Source: an uncultured Bdellovibrionales bacterium (GTDB taxonomy: Bacteria; Bdellovibrionota_C; UBA2361; SZUA-149). Taken from it: a stretch of 64,000 nt of DNA. Both the position numbers and the translations under genes were made by a program. Location: NCBI GenBank assembly GCA_965366815.1, contig CBDUGV010000001.1:10916-74915 (forward strand), written 5' to 3'. The notes beneath the pieces were generated by a model that worked only from the letters and a program-made list of their open reading frames with translations, did not search any database and was not told where the DNA came from. Shown here in pieces: positions 54,315 to 64,000 of the stretch. Position 1 is the stretch's first letter; the number at the start of each line of letters is the position of its first letter.

Positions 54315-55706
54315 ATGAACCATAACTCAATCAAAGAAGTCCTACAGGACTCGGCGGTAGATTCTGAGGTGCAGGTAGCCGGCTGGGTGCGCACCCGGAG
54401 AGATTCCAAAGGCTTTTCCTTTCTCGAGCTCAATGACGGCAGTTGTTTTTCCAGCGTGCAGATTGTGGCCGATGCCGATCTCGAAGGATATGCCGAGAAC
54501 GTGCTTCAAGCCCAGACTGGTGCGGCAATTGAGGTGCATGGCTTAGTAGTAGAGTCACCGGGGAAAGGTCAGCGAGTCGAGATAAAAGCCAAATCAGTAA
54601 AGCTAGTTGGTGCTTCCGCTTCTGAATATCCGCTTCAGAAAAAGCGACACACAAACGAATACTTGCGAACAATCGCCCATCTGCGACCGCGCACCAACAC
54701 GTTTGGGGCGGTGTTTCGCCTGCGGAGTGCGGTTGCCTTTGCGATTCATCAATTTTATCGTGAACGCGGCTTTCACTACGTGCATACGCCAATTATCACG
54801 ACGTCTGATTGCGAGGGCGCTGGCGAGCTTTTTGCCGTTTCAACACTGGATTTGAACAATGTTCCTAAGACGCAGGATGGAAAAGAAGTAGATTTCTCTG
54901 AAGATTTCTTTGCTGCCAAAGCGGGTTTGACCGTATCGGGACAGCTTGAGGCCGAAGCTTTCGCCTGTGCCCTTTCAAAAGTGTACACCTTCGGCCCTAC
55001 CTTTCGCGCTGAGAATTCAAACACTCCACGCCATTTAGCTGAGTTTTGGATGATAGAGCCGGAGATGGCTTTTTGCGATCTGCAAGGGAATATGCAGCTT
55101 GCCGAGGACTTTCTGAAGTACATTATCCGCTATGTCTTCGAGCACTGCCAAGAAGACATGGAGTTCTTCAATACATGGATCGAGAAAGGCATAGTTGACT
55201 CGCTTGAAAAAGTACTCAATGCGGATTTTGAACGAATTACCTACACCGATGCTATTGCCGCCTTGGAAAAGAGTGGCAAGAAATTCGAATTCCCTGTGAG
55301 TTGGGGAATGGATATTCAAACCGAGCATGAACGCTATTTGACGGAAGAGTTCATCGGGAAACCGGTGTTTGTAACCAATTACCCCAAGACCATTAAACCC
55401 TTCTATATGCGAGTCGATGAAGGTGAGAAGACTGTCTCGGCAATGGATCTCCTCGTGCCCCGGTTGGGTGAGATAATCGGCGGATCACAGAGGGAAGAGC
55501 GCGAAGATCTATTGAAGCTCCGCATGAAAGAATGCGATGTTCCACCCGATGATCTCTGGTGGTATGCGGAGCTACGTCGCTACGGCACGGTACCACATGC
55601 TGGTTTCGGTCTTGGATTTGAGCGAGTGTTGATGTACATCAGTGGCATCGCCAACATTCGCGATATAGTGCCATTTCCAAGGACACCGGGGAACGCGCAG
55701 TTTTAG
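54315..55706 (+). CDS. asnS: asparagine--tRNA ligase
   Basis: Class IIb aaRS. N-terminal OB fold; [38 protein letters not shown]; GGSQREER; C-terminal GFGLGFERV. Confidence 0.9.
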   Translation: MNHNSIKEVLQDSAVDSEVQVAGWVRTRRDSKGFSFLELNDGSCFSSVQIVADADLEGYAENVLQAQTGAAIEVHGLVVESPGKGQRVEIKAKSVKLVGASASEYPLQKKRHTNEYLRTIAHLRPRTNTFGAVFRLRSAVAFAIHQFYRERGFHYVHTPIITTSDCEGAGELFAVSTLDLNNVPKTQDGKEVDFSEDFFAAKAGLTVSGQLEAEAFACALSKVYTFGPTFRAENSNTPRHLAEFWMIEPEMAFCDLQGNMQLAEDFLKYIIRYVFEHCQEDMEFFNTWIEKGIVDSLEKVLNADFERITYTDAIAALEKSGKKFEFPVSWGMDIQTEHERYLTEEFIGKPVFVTNYPKTIKPFYMRVDEGEKTVSAMDLLVPRLGEIIGGSQREEREDLLKLRMKECDVPPDDLWWYAELRRYGTVPHAGFGLGFERVLMYISGIANIRDIVPFPRTPGNAQF

Positions 55707-55819
55707 TTTTTACTTCCTTCATTTCTCGCGCTCCATTTTTCTCGAGTTCCAATCCCGCGCAATCTGATCCCAAAGAGGGTACTCGAATTGTTCATGTATT
55801 CGAGCCAAACTGCCAGATT

Positions 55820-58243
55820 TCAACTCGGTAGTTTGAACCCGTCAGCATGTTCGACAGTATCGATTCGGACTTCTTTAACGTGAAGCGGAGCGTTCCCGAG
55901 CCATTCAATCCTCACTGGCGCCTGTATCGGTGTATCGAATAGGCAATCCAATTCGATATCAGAAAAAGAGTCTTTCGGAAGTTCTCCCGCTAACAGCGGT
56001 CGACGGCATGTATCGCCGATTTGCAGCAGTGCAACTGGCGTGTCGGCCCGATCTGGCAGCAGCGATCGGTCAGAACCAGCGGAGACTATAAAATGTCCTT
56101 GATACAGACCCGGCGGAAGTCGAGCGGAATCGCCGTCGAGCAGCACTCCAGGTTTGTCGCGCCTGGGAAGCGCTGAAAGCAAGGGCCCCTGCGTAGCTGT
56201 TTCCGCCTCAAGGACAGTGCCGGTGGCATGATACATTTCAGCTATCTCAAAAATAATTGGCTGGGCTGGCTTGGGCACGGGAGGTTCATAAATCGAATAA
56301 ATCGGAATGCCTTCGACTTTGTATTGAAAGATCGGTTCACCGAATTTTGCCGGAATGTGATAGCGGCTCAAATGGGTAAAATGATCGTAGACTAGCAAGA
56401 ACATACCGTTGCTTCTCGGCCACCAAGGGTAGAAGCGAACCGACTGATCTCGGTCCTCAAGTACGCCATAAAGTCGTTTGTATTCGTAATTTAAAAGGCC
56501 AAACTCTTCGGTCGAGCTGACATACACCGGAGAGCCCTCCCGCCTGGCGCGCGCACGAAGAAAGCTGATTCCAGCTTCCTGTCCGTCGACGGAAATGGGA
56601 ACTCCGTGATCCAGCGCCGCTCGCAGCCCGCCGCTGAGTCGGTTAAAATACAGGGAATAGTCGGGGGCGACTCGCCAAAGCAGTAGCGCCTGCGTAGTGG
56701 TAGCGCCGATCAGGAAAGCCGTTGTGGCTACCCTGCGACGATCTACGGGGAGTAACCGCCGGAGCAGGGCTGCGGCTGAGAGCAAACCGAGGCTGGCAAG
56801 CAGGTAGAGCAGCGGCACGATGGGCATAGTGTAGCGAAATGTTTGTTTGGGTGAGATGTTTAGAACGAGCTCCCAGAGCAAGACGACTCCCAACAGCAGT
56901 GCCGCGGGTCGGGCTGCGGTGGGCGCCAATCTGTTTTTGCGGAAAAGGATAATATACAGTGCTGCGACAGCGAAACAGGCAAGTCCCAGCAGTGGAACGT
57001 CCGGTAACTTCCGGGCAAAGAGTTCGAAATACCCAAATGCTACAGGCTCCCAGGTTTCTCCATAGGCCTTGTGAGTCATCTCTCGCAGACCGAATACCCA
57101 ATTCGCGTATCCAACTAAGTTCTTAGGCAAGGCTGGTCGTAGCAGCGCGCTGACCGGAACCAGGCTCGATACGAGCAGCAGTCCCGCGATATGCCGCCCC
57201 GGATGCCTCGGTTCCCTCCGGCATCGGAGAAAGAGGGCAGCCGCAACGCTACACAGCAGTAGACAAATACCCCAGCTGGCAAGCGGGTGGCGATTCAGCC
57301 AATGGATCGTCTCATCGAATGCTCGAATGCGCCCCACCCCGATGTTCAAATGGCGGGAGAACTGATTGAGCGGATGCCAGAGCCGTTGCCAGAGCAGTAT
57401 GAACACAGCGATCCCCAGCGCGAAGGACCAGAATTCCGGCCAAGGGAGTGTGCGCAGCAAGGAATCAGAGCTAGAGCGGCGGCGCTGAAAAAGCCCAAAC
57501 AGCAGCACCACCGGTACGATGAACATTGCAGTCGGCTTCGTTGTAAAGGCGAGGCCCCACAATAGGCCGGCGAATAGAATGCCGCCGAGCGAACCGCGCA
57601 ATATCGAGTTTGCGTAGAGCAGTACCGAGGCAACTGAGAAAAGGATCAACACAGCGTCAATGTGAGCAAGCCGAGAAAGCCAGATGTGATTCGGATCAAA
57701 AGCCAGCAACAGGCCAGCGGTACAGGCGGTCGGTGCACCGAACAGCGCAGAGCCGCCGAGTATGAGAATCGGAATTACCAGTGAGGAGACAATTGCATTG
57801 CTCATGCGAGCGGCCGTAAGCCGGGTGCGGTATCCGGCCATGCCGAGGACAAGCGAGCGGCGCTCCATCAAGCGATCATTTAGCCATTGGCCGACCGCGA
57901 GTACGGCCGCCGCCGGTACGCCCGGATGGGCCATTCCGATACTAATCGAGCTGTAGCGGCCGTTCTGCACGGCTTCGACCATTTCCCAACTACGCTGCTG
58001 CCACAGGGGTTCGTCCGGCTGCGGAGTCGGTTGTTCAATACCGTAGAGCCGAATGGCCAGAGCCAAGATATAGACGCAGAAAGCCCAAACCACAGGGCGA
58101 AATAGTGTCAGCACCGCACCAGGGGGGGAAGAATCTTCCATCAAAAGAATCCCATTCAGAATAAGGGAAAATATATCCGATGGGCCAAAATGAGAAAAGC
58201 GATGCGAACATTGCCCCAAAATGAGAATTCTCACTGAGAGCAC
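55820..58243 (-). CDS. ArnT/PMT-like GT-C family glycosyltransferase (large polytopic membrane protein)
   Basis: 807 aa. More than 10 TM helices. Early periplasmic-loop motif QPDEPLWQQRSWEM resembles the DE...REM loop of ArnT-family enzymes. True start may be MEDSSPPG (about 58138). Confidence 0.45.
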   Translation of the reverse strand: MLSVRILILGQCSHRFSHFGPSDIFSLILNGILLMEDSSPPGAVLTLFRPVVWAFCVYILALAIRLYGIEQPTPQPDEPLWQQRSWEMVEAVQNGRYSSISIGMAHPGVPAAAVLAVGQWLNDRLMERRSLVLGMAGYRTRLTAARMSNAIVSSLVIPILILGGSALFGAPTACTAGLLLAFDPNHIWLSRLAHIDAVLILFSVASVLLYANSILRGSLGGILFAGLLWGLAFTTKPTAMFIVPVVLLFGLFQRRRSSSDSLLRTLPWPEFWSFALGIAVFILLWQRLWHPLNQFSRHLNIGVGRIRAFDETIHWLNRHPLASWGICLLLCSVAAALFLRCRREPRHPGRHIAGLLLVSSLVPVSALLRPALPKNLVGYANWVFGLREMTHKAYGETWEPVAFGYFELFARKLPDVPLLGLACFAVAALYIILFRKNRLAPTAARPAALLLGVVLLWELVLNISPKQTFRYTMPIVPLLYLLASLGLLSAAALLRRLLPVDRRRVATTAFLIGATTTQALLLWRVAPDYSLYFNRLSGGLRAALDHGVPISVDGQEAGISFLRARARREGSPVYVSSTEEFGLLNYEYKRLYGVLEDRDQSVRFYPWWPRSNGMFLLVYDHFTHLSRYHIPAKFGEPIFQYKVEGIPIYSIYEPPVPKPAQPIIFEIAEMYHATGTVLEAETATQGPLLSALPRRDKPGVLLDGDSARLPPGLYQGHFIVSAGSDRSLLPDRADTPVALLQIGDTCRRPLLAGELPKDSFSDIELDCLFDTPIQAPVRIEWLGNAPLHVKEVRIDTVEHADGFKLPS

Positions 58244-58355
58244 ACAATCGAATCATTTTCCCCTATTTCCACTCGGCCGAATCGACAAGCCAAGCAAGTT
58301 TTAACATAACCGCAGTAAGGGCAGAGGATCTTTTACACTAACAGAAAGATGAGAA

Positions 58356-58766
58356 ATGACTACCTGGTTGCGCAACCCTGTCGATGTAGATTGCGGGCGA
58401 ATTCAGCTCGAAGTCGAGACAGCAGTAGAAAATGCACTTGGACGCCCATTGGGAAAGCACTGGACCTTTCGAGGCCATCCCCAACAGGGACGAGAGTGGA
58501 TTTTCGGATTTCGCGCGAGCTCAGCGGCACGCGCAGAGATCTTCATCAAACTCACTTACGAGAACACCTTTGTGGTGGACTCGTTAGAAGTTGGAAACAA
58601 CCGCCTTCGTAAGCGTGCGCTACAAGCCGAACCCCGGCTTGTACAAAAGGTGAACCTGCACACTCATATCGAGCTTTCCTTTGGCGCGGTGCCGATGGAA
58701 GCCCAGATCCAGTGTGCGATCGACGTAATCGCCGAACTCGGGAAGGTGTTCACCGCCCCCAAATAG
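58356..58766 (+). CDS. hypothetical protein
   Basis: ORF only. Confidence 0.3.
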   Translation: MTTWLRNPVDVDCGRIQLEVETAVENALGRPLGKHWTFRGHPQQGREWIFGFRASSAARAEIFIKLTYENTFVVDSLEVGNNRLRKRALQAEPRLVQKVNLHTHIELSFGAVPMEAQIQCAIDVIAELGKVFTAPK

Positions 58767-59420
58767 CCTTTGGTGTTAGAGCACATCGGTGAATCCATGG
58801 AGGGCAGGGGAAGGTACATAATTTCTCCTTTTTTTATAAAGGTTGTGTCTCTTCCTCTGCCCTCGTCTAAAGTTCCTCTCTATATACTAGCCGTTTTGCC
58901 TGAACCCGCAAAATCTCCAACTCAAAGCGCAACGCCTTTCAGCCTACCTGTAACCGCCAGACAGAGTCATGTTCATCAAAGCTGAGCTTAGAAAAAACAA
59001 TCTCCGCTCAAACTCTCCACATAGGAGCCTTTGCTAGGCTCCGTTCAAGCAGATCCTTTAAAGGCTGAACTGGGTAGTGGTGGTTCAGCTGCTGTCTTGC
59101 GCTGCATGGGGATTCCCTGCAGCTATCAGAACAGCAGCTATTTGCATGCCTTCTGCTTCTATAAAGCTATATGCTGAAGCTTTTTAGAGACATAAGCAGC
59201 GCTATTGCATGGTTTTCAATCTTCACCTTCCTTCCGAGCTATTCTAGTCAGAAGCTCCATCTCATTGGTAAAGCTTTGTAGCTTCTATGGAGGTAAGAAA
59301 GCTTTACCACTTGGGGTGGTGGCATTGGAGTTCGCCGTAACGCGAACAAATCGAACCGGCTCTGTATTAACTAAAGCCGGTTTCCAGAATTCCTCTTGCT
59401 CTTTCCCTGAAGGAGAGAAC

Positions 59421-59972
59421 ATGAAAACGTGGACGTTCCACAACGGAACCCTCTACCAGGGGATGTCACTGGAGAGGAACGAGGAAAACAGGCGTATCAT
59501 TAAGCTGGGGGATCCGAACTCCCCGGACCGCAGCTGCTGGGTGCTAGTGAACGCAGAGTTGCCGCCGGAGATCGGCAATCACTGCGTCTGTTGGGAGGGG
59601 ATTCTCCGAAAGATAAAGTCGGAGAATCAAGCTGAGGGGCACCGCTGGGAGATCGTCCGCTCTCAGCACCCGGGTCTGGGGGACGAGTCCCCAGAAGACA
59701 ACCCCCTGCACCATCTGGTCCGGGTGCACACCATGAGCCCATCCGGTCGGCATGTGTCGGGTGGTGAATGGGGGCCATTCGAGGACGCTCCGATGCCGGA
59801 TGTGCTGGTTGTCGGACAGGGCAGATGCGACTCGCAGGTTCTCTGGTGGGACGGCATCGTAAAGATGGTACCGGGGAGCGTCTTGCGAGTCACCGAGGCC
59901 GGGGGGAAGAGTTGGTTGCTCTGCAGCAATAAGCGGACCGGCAACGTCTACGTGGTTCCCGCGCCGCAGTGA
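59421..59972 (+). CDS. hypothetical protein encoded in a GC-rich (about 65%) segment
   Basis: ATG at 59421 preceded by AGGAGA SD. Track ORF starts at 59205, but GC content and SD support 59421. Local GC is clearly above the roughly 50% window background (counted by eye). Confidence 0.5.
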   Translation: MKTWTFHNGTLYQGMSLERNEENRRIIKLGDPNSPDRSCWVLVNAELPPEIGNHCVCWEGILRKIKSENQAEGHRWEIVRSQHPGLGDESPEDNPLHHLVRVHTMSPSGRHVSGGEWGPFEDAPMPDVLVVGQGRCDSQVLWWDGIVKMVPGSVLRVTEAGGKSWLLCSNKRTGNVYVVPAPQ

Positions 59973-60021
59973 GGACCGAGAGCATCCTATCCTCTGCTCA
60001 GAAGCACCAGAGACTAGATCG

Positions 60022-60057
60022 CTGAGTAAGGGAGAAGATAGGTCTCCCTTTACTCAG
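60022..60057. terminator. 14-bp near-perfect hairpin (CTGAGTAAGGGAGA-N7-TCTCCCTTTACTCAG) between convergent genes
   Basis: Inverted repeat read directly; lies between the 59421-59972 (+) and 60153-61517 (-) gene ends. Confidence 0.4.
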
Positions 60058-60152
60058 CAAGTCCTAAGGTTTGTACCAAGGTGGTGACTTGGTGCTGTTA
60101 TGTCTCGTCTTAGTTTGCTTAGAAAGCGCCGGGCCAGAATCAATAGCTCCGA

Positions 60153-61517
60153 CTATTGTGGGGCGGCTCCATTCTTTTGGGGAGCAGCAGCGCCTAGTGC
60201 TTTCTCTAGAAGTTCGACGCGTTGCTTGTTTCCATTTCCTTCTTCCTCAGACAGCCTGTTCGTTAGCACTGTGGTCAGTCTACTCTCGAACGTCAAACCA
60301 GTAGGCCTTGTTTCTACAGGAAGGGCTTCAGGATACCTCGCTTCTGCTACCGCTTCATGTAGGAAATCATGATCTTCAAGTTCGCCACTATCTATACAGC
60401 TACGCATTTGCTTTAGAGTGTTAGTGAAACTGCTATCAGCTGTAAGTTCCGCATCGAGGTCAAGCCGGAGAATGTCTATCTGAGCGTACAACCCATAGTA
60501 GCGGTCAGAGCGTTCCAATGCATTTTGAATAGCTGTTGCGTCATGCACTTTGAGAGCATCATCGATTGCTGTTTCGACCCGAGTAAATCTGTCGCCTATG
60601 AACTTACGTGCACGCGGAGACATATGCTCCCGATCAGCGGTAACGATTCTCAAAGCCTGTCGGGCAAGTTTCTCCGTCGGTCTCTCCTCAAGCCAATTTA
60701 ACTGCGCTTCCCAGATTGGACGCGCAGTTTTAGCTGCTAATAAATCCTCGAGGCCAACTTCTTCGACTATGGAGAGTATCTTCTCGACTCTTGCCAACGA
60801 TTGAGGCGTCCCATTCAGCAGTTCTTTTTGATACCTCGACATTACCATTAAGCCTGCGCTCGGGTACGTACGATCTGACCAATCGTCAATCGCCGAACTC
60901 AGAACTGAGCTAGAATACTCTCGTATCTCTAGATCGGCTTCGACTAGCCTTTCTGCAAAGGCTCCAATTTTTTGCCGCATAGCCTCAATTTCTGTTTTCT
61001 TTGCGGCTATAGTTTGGAAAAGCGTTGTTGCCGCTTCGCTGCGACCACCTGTAACCGCGGTTTGAAGCTGCTTTTGCAAGGTAGTTTTCTGTTCGTCGCT
61101 AAACGGAGTGATGAGAAAATCTTTCTCAACGTTGAAGTCAGCTATTTGAATCTGAGCTTCTCGATCGAGCACTGCCCAGATTCTTTCTCTCTGTTCTCCA
61201 TCTACCCTAGGAATAGCGGACAGGAGTTCAGCATGAGCTTCGGGTCGATCAAATAACTCCTTCATGGCTCGATCTCGGACCTCATACGAACCATGGCCCA
61301 GTGCTTCAACTAACTCCTTATCTGTGCGTGTATCCTTCTTAGCAATAGCTGGAAGCTTCGCTTGTTCTCCGTCGACAGCGGTATCGGCAAGTACTTCGTC
61401 TAACGATTTTGTTTCCAACTTCTCAACTTGAGATTCCAACCCTGCATCCTGCTCTGGGTTGTCCTGGTCCTGCGTGGACCTATCTCTCGTTGTTATTTGG
61501 TTTAGACCGACTCGCAT
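60153..61517 (-). CDS. hypothetical all-alpha protein
   Basis: 454 aa ORF, Glu/Leu/Ala-rich, no recognised motif. Confidence 0.4.
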   Translation of the reverse strand: MRVGLNQITTRDRSTQDQDNPEQDAGLESQVEKLETKSLDEVLADTAVDGEQAKLPAIAKKDTRTDKELVEALGHGSYEVRDRAMKELFDRPEAHAELLSAIPRVDGEQRERIWAVLDREAQIQIADFNVEKDFLITPFSDEQKTTLQKQLQTAVTGGRSEAATTLFQTIAAKKTEIEAMRQKIGAFAERLVEADLEIREYSSSVLSSAIDDWSDRTYPSAGLMVMSRYQKELLNGTPQSLARVEKILSIVEEVGLEDLLAAKTARPIWEAQLNWLEERPTEKLARQALRIVTADREHMSPRARKFIGDRFTRVETAIDDALKVHDATAIQNALERSDRYYGLYAQIDILRLDLDAELTADSSFTNTLKQMRSCIDSGELEDHDFLHEAVAEARYPEALPVETRPTGLTFESRLTTVLTNRLSEEEGNGNKQRVELLEKALGAAAPQKNGAAPQ

Positions 61518-61937
61518 CTTTCGCTACTATTCGTATGTTAATCGCAGAATGCTGGTGAAGCTGTTCCAAACTGTGCGAGCGAATTTATTCGCTCGCAACA
61601 GTGCTACACTCTCCTTATGCCGTTCGTGTCCATTTCTATTGCCGATTCAACCACTCAAACATTGCAACTGTTCAAGATGTGACCCAACGATGTTCTACCT
61701 ATGATTTTCGGCCGCTTTTTCCCTAAAATAAGGCAAATGAAACGAGGAAATGGAGTAAAGAGACAAGGGGTAACTTGCAAAACTACATATTACTGATAGG
61801 ATTACTGAAGATCTATGAGAACTAGATTTCGAGTTGTTTTATTTACTTCGTGTCCGTTAAGCAGATTGCTTTGTTTTGTGGACACGAGGGCTATCCAGTA
61901 AAGAGGTTCTCATTCTCGTTCGCTTCGGAGTCGTGCT

Positions 61938-62735
61938 ATGCACTTCGATCCTTCGCTACCCGTAGAACATGATGTTCACGGCTATCATGCGCTTCACCTT
62001 GAGCAAGTGGCGCAGATGAGTGGCTGTGTGATCGGTGAAGTGGCTGACTTCCGTCACCGCCTTCAAACGATCCAAGCCGTTTCGCTTAACGAGTTCGGTC
62101 TGACCTTCATTGAAGGTTCGCATTCCTCTCAGTACGAAATGATTCCCGTTGGCGGAATCATCGGAACTTCCTCGGAAGACGATCGTAACTGGGATTTTTG
62201 TGATCAAGGCCTACCCACGGTGGAGCGTGAGCGCTACGTTTGGGACTACGCGAAGAAGATCCAACAGGGTCTTTTCTTGCTCAACACAGAGGCTCCCGAG
62301 CTCTATGTCCAAGAGTTTTGCGGCCTGTATTTTGTCACCTCGAACGGTCGACATCGTACTGCTGCGCTCAAAGGCATGGTTGGCTCGGAGCTTCACGTGA
62401 AAGCACGTGTGTCACGATGTACGTCCATTGATACGGTCATAGCCCGCGCTCCGTTGGGAACGGTTGAGTATCATGATGATACCATCCACTTTTCCGACGA
62501 GGCACTTGCTTCGCCTCTTACGTTTGAGAACTCTATTCCGGTTCTTGAGCAACGGCGTCGCGATGGGTTGTGGAGTGGTACACTCGTTGAGCTTGCTCAG
62601 GTTCCTCATCCATTCGGCGGTCCGGATCACATTCGAGCGGTTTGGCATTCGCCTACGCTCAATGTCCTCTGGGCTTTCGCAAAGGATTTGGAATTGGCTC
62701 AATCGGTGGTCAACGCAAGTGCTGCAGCTTCTTAG
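61938..62735 (+). CDS. hypothetical protein with possible ParB/sulfiredoxin-like nuclease (ParBc) motif
   Basis: FVTSNGRHRTAALKG resembles the DGxHR..A core of ParB-like nuclease domains. Weak. Confidence 0.3.
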   Translation: MHFDPSLPVEHDVHGYHALHLEQVAQMSGCVIGEVADFRHRLQTIQAVSLNEFGLTFIEGSHSSQYEMIPVGGIIGTSSEDDRNWDFCDQGLPTVERERYVWDYAKKIQQGLFLLNTEAPELYVQEFCGLYFVTSNGRHRTAALKGMVGSELHVKARVSRCTSIDTVIARAPLGTVEYHDDTIHFSDEALASPLTFENSIPVLEQRRRDGLWSGTLVELAQVPHPFGGPDHIRAVWHSPTLNVLWAFAKDLELAQSVVNASAAAS

Positions 62736-62869
62736 TGTCCACGACACTGAGAGGCTCTTGCGAGTCCATCTTCCTCTAACATTCGATCATAAGGTTCACT
62801 ATTGCGGCTTAGCCCTTGTGTCGAAATCTCTTTATAAGCGGTCAGCGAGACGCATTCTCTCTCGCTCTC

Positions 62870-63697
62870 TTAATAGGATTCGTCGTCACTGGGGAAGTCT
62901 GATGATCGCACATCCGCAATATACTTAGATACGGCTCCTGTAATTTCTTCGCCGAGATTGAGATATCTCCGCAGAAATCGCGGGCTAAAATCAGTGGTAA
63001 TTCCCAGCATGTCGTGGAGGACTAGCACCTGACCATCAACCTCACTGCCAGCACCGATACCAATAACTGGGATTTTGACTTTCGCTGACACGGCTGCGGC
63101 GAGTTTTGCTGGAATCTTTTCTAAGACGAGCGAGAAACAGCCTGCATCAGCCAAGGCGATCGCATCTGTAAGCACCTTTTCCGCTTCTTCTTCCTCTTTC
63201 GCTCGCACTACATAGGAGCCGAACTTGTAAATCGACTGCGGGGTTAAGCCGAGGTGGCCCATTACTGGAATTCCCGCTGTGAGAATCCGCTCGACTGATT
63301 CGAGTACCTCGACACCTCCTTCAAGCTTCACTGCGTGTGCGCCTGACTCTTTCATGATGCGAATTGCTGAATCCAGCGCCTTCTCGGAGTTGCCTTGGTA
63401 GGAGCCGAAGGGTAAGTCGACCACACAAAGTGCGCGCTCGAGACCACGCACTACAGATGAGGCGTGGTAAATCATTTGATCGAGAGTAATTGGCAGGGTC
63501 GTCTCATGACCGGCAATGACATTTGAGGCAGAATCGCCAACCAAAATTACGTCAATTCCCGCCGCATCTAGAAGTTTTGCCAAAGAGTAATCGTAGGCAG
63601 TGAGCATGGCGATTTTCTCGCCTTGTTGCTTCATCTCCTGGAGTACTCGGGTCGTGATTCGCGATCGTGTATCAGTCATGACAGAAGATTGTAGCAC
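62870..63697 (-). CDS. panB: 3-methyl-2-oxobutanoate hydroxymethyltransferase
   Basis: [24 protein letters not shown]...LPFGSY...KLEGG PanB motifs; 275 aa. Confidence 0.9.
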   Translation of the reverse strand: MLQSSVMTDTRSRITTRVLQEMKQQGEKIAMLTAYDYSLAKLLDAAGIDVILVGDSASNVIAGHETTLPITLDQMIYHASSVVRGLERALCVVDLPFGSYQGNSEKALDSAIRIMKESGAHAVKLEGGVEVLESVERILTAGIPVMGHLGLTPQSIYKFGSYVVRAKEEEEAEKVLTDAIALADAGCFSLVLEKIPAKLAAAVSAKVKIPVIGIGAGSEVDGQVLVLHDMLGITTDFSPRFLRRYLNLGEEITGAVSKYIADVRSSDFPSDDESY

Positions 63698-63731
63698 AAA
63701 CGCCTCTCTGTCACTTAGATATGTCTAACGA

Positions 63732-64000
63732 CTAGTGGATTGCGTCTGGGTCGATATACATCAGTTCGAAGCGCGGAATCTCCGCATCAAAGAACTCCCC
63801 ACTTTCGGAGTAGAAGGTATAGATCCCATACATTGAGCCGCTGGCGTCTACAATAGTGGTATAGCTGGTGTATTCGAACTCTTCACCGGGTTCGAGAACG
63901 GGTTGCTCGCCAACTACCCCTTCACCTTTTACGTCGGCAATCTGAATGCCGTCAGAGAGTACAATCCAGTGGCGATTGATCAGTTGGATTGCCTCATCGC
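63732..64000 (-). CDS. apaG: ApaG (DUF525) protein, 5'-truncated by window edge
   Basis: Open minus-strand frame to TAG at 63732-63734. Translation ...GEGVVGEQPVLEPGEEFEYTSYTT...YGIYTF...EIPRFEL...AIH closely matches recalled E. coli ApaG ([22 protein letters not shown]...LIH). Confidence 0.8.
   Translation of the reverse strand, partial: DEAIQLINRHWIVLSDGIQIADVKGEGVVGEQPVLEPGEEFEYTSYTTIVDASGSMYGIYTFYSESGEFFDAEIPRFELMYIDPDAIH

Overview
This is a roughly 50% GC bacterial window. Most of it is densely packed core metabolism with several accessory insertions.

Features in order:
- 1-5.1 kb: partial acyl-carrier-protein-like fragment, then a fatty-acid/polyketide-type biosynthetic cassette (flavin-dependent halogenase, beta-ketoacyl synthase, hotdog dehydratase, FabG-like ketoreductase, methyltransferase-like protein).
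- 5.4-8.8 kb: Cys-repeat secreted protein, then a minus-strand operon of membrane protein, ArsR-like regulator, and an undecaprenyl-diphosphate synthase fused behind a roughly 390-aa polytopic membrane domain.
- 8.8-15.8 kb: dxs, a GT2 glycosyltransferase, an RmlC-like cupin, then the selenocysteine locus selB-selA directly downstream of tRNA-Sec (selC, UCA anticodon).
- 16-21 kb: two secreted hypotheticals and a large membrane protein.
- 21-34 kb, accessory-looking block: two tandem membrane-spanning Ser/Thr kinases with ankyrin-repeat C-terminal domains; a tandem array of five small VirB2/TrbC-pilin-like paralogs, two carrying Gly/Ala linkers and a conserved 20-aa C-terminal tail; a 2H phosphoesterase; a 2110-aa single-polypeptide AddB-AddA-like nuclease-helicase.
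- 34-38 kb: galU, an orphan LarC C-terminal domain, and a sigma-54 activator (NtrC family) with its own sigma-54 promoter, then an isoprenyl diphosphate synthase.
- 38-42 kb: a plasmid-type replication/partition module. parA-parB (minus strand) faces an AT-rich region with about 11 phased 13-bp iterons and a consensus DnaA box, followed by a RepA-like initiator gene.
- 42-58 kb: lipoprotein, GT2, msrB, a methyltransferase-GT4-GT2 glycosylation operon, zinc-ribbon protein plus queF, MFS/GPH transporter, PEP-CTERM protein, asnS, an ArnT-like GT-C membrane protein.
- 58-64 kb: a GC-rich (about 65%) probably foreign gene, hypotheticals including a ParB/Srx-like nuclease-domain protein, panB, and the 3' end of apaG.

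No CRISPR array, rRNA or transposase was seen.

The most interesting items are the orphan VirB2-like pilin array with its tail extensions, and the iteron/RepA/ParAB replicon module sitting on a contig that also carries housekeeping genes.
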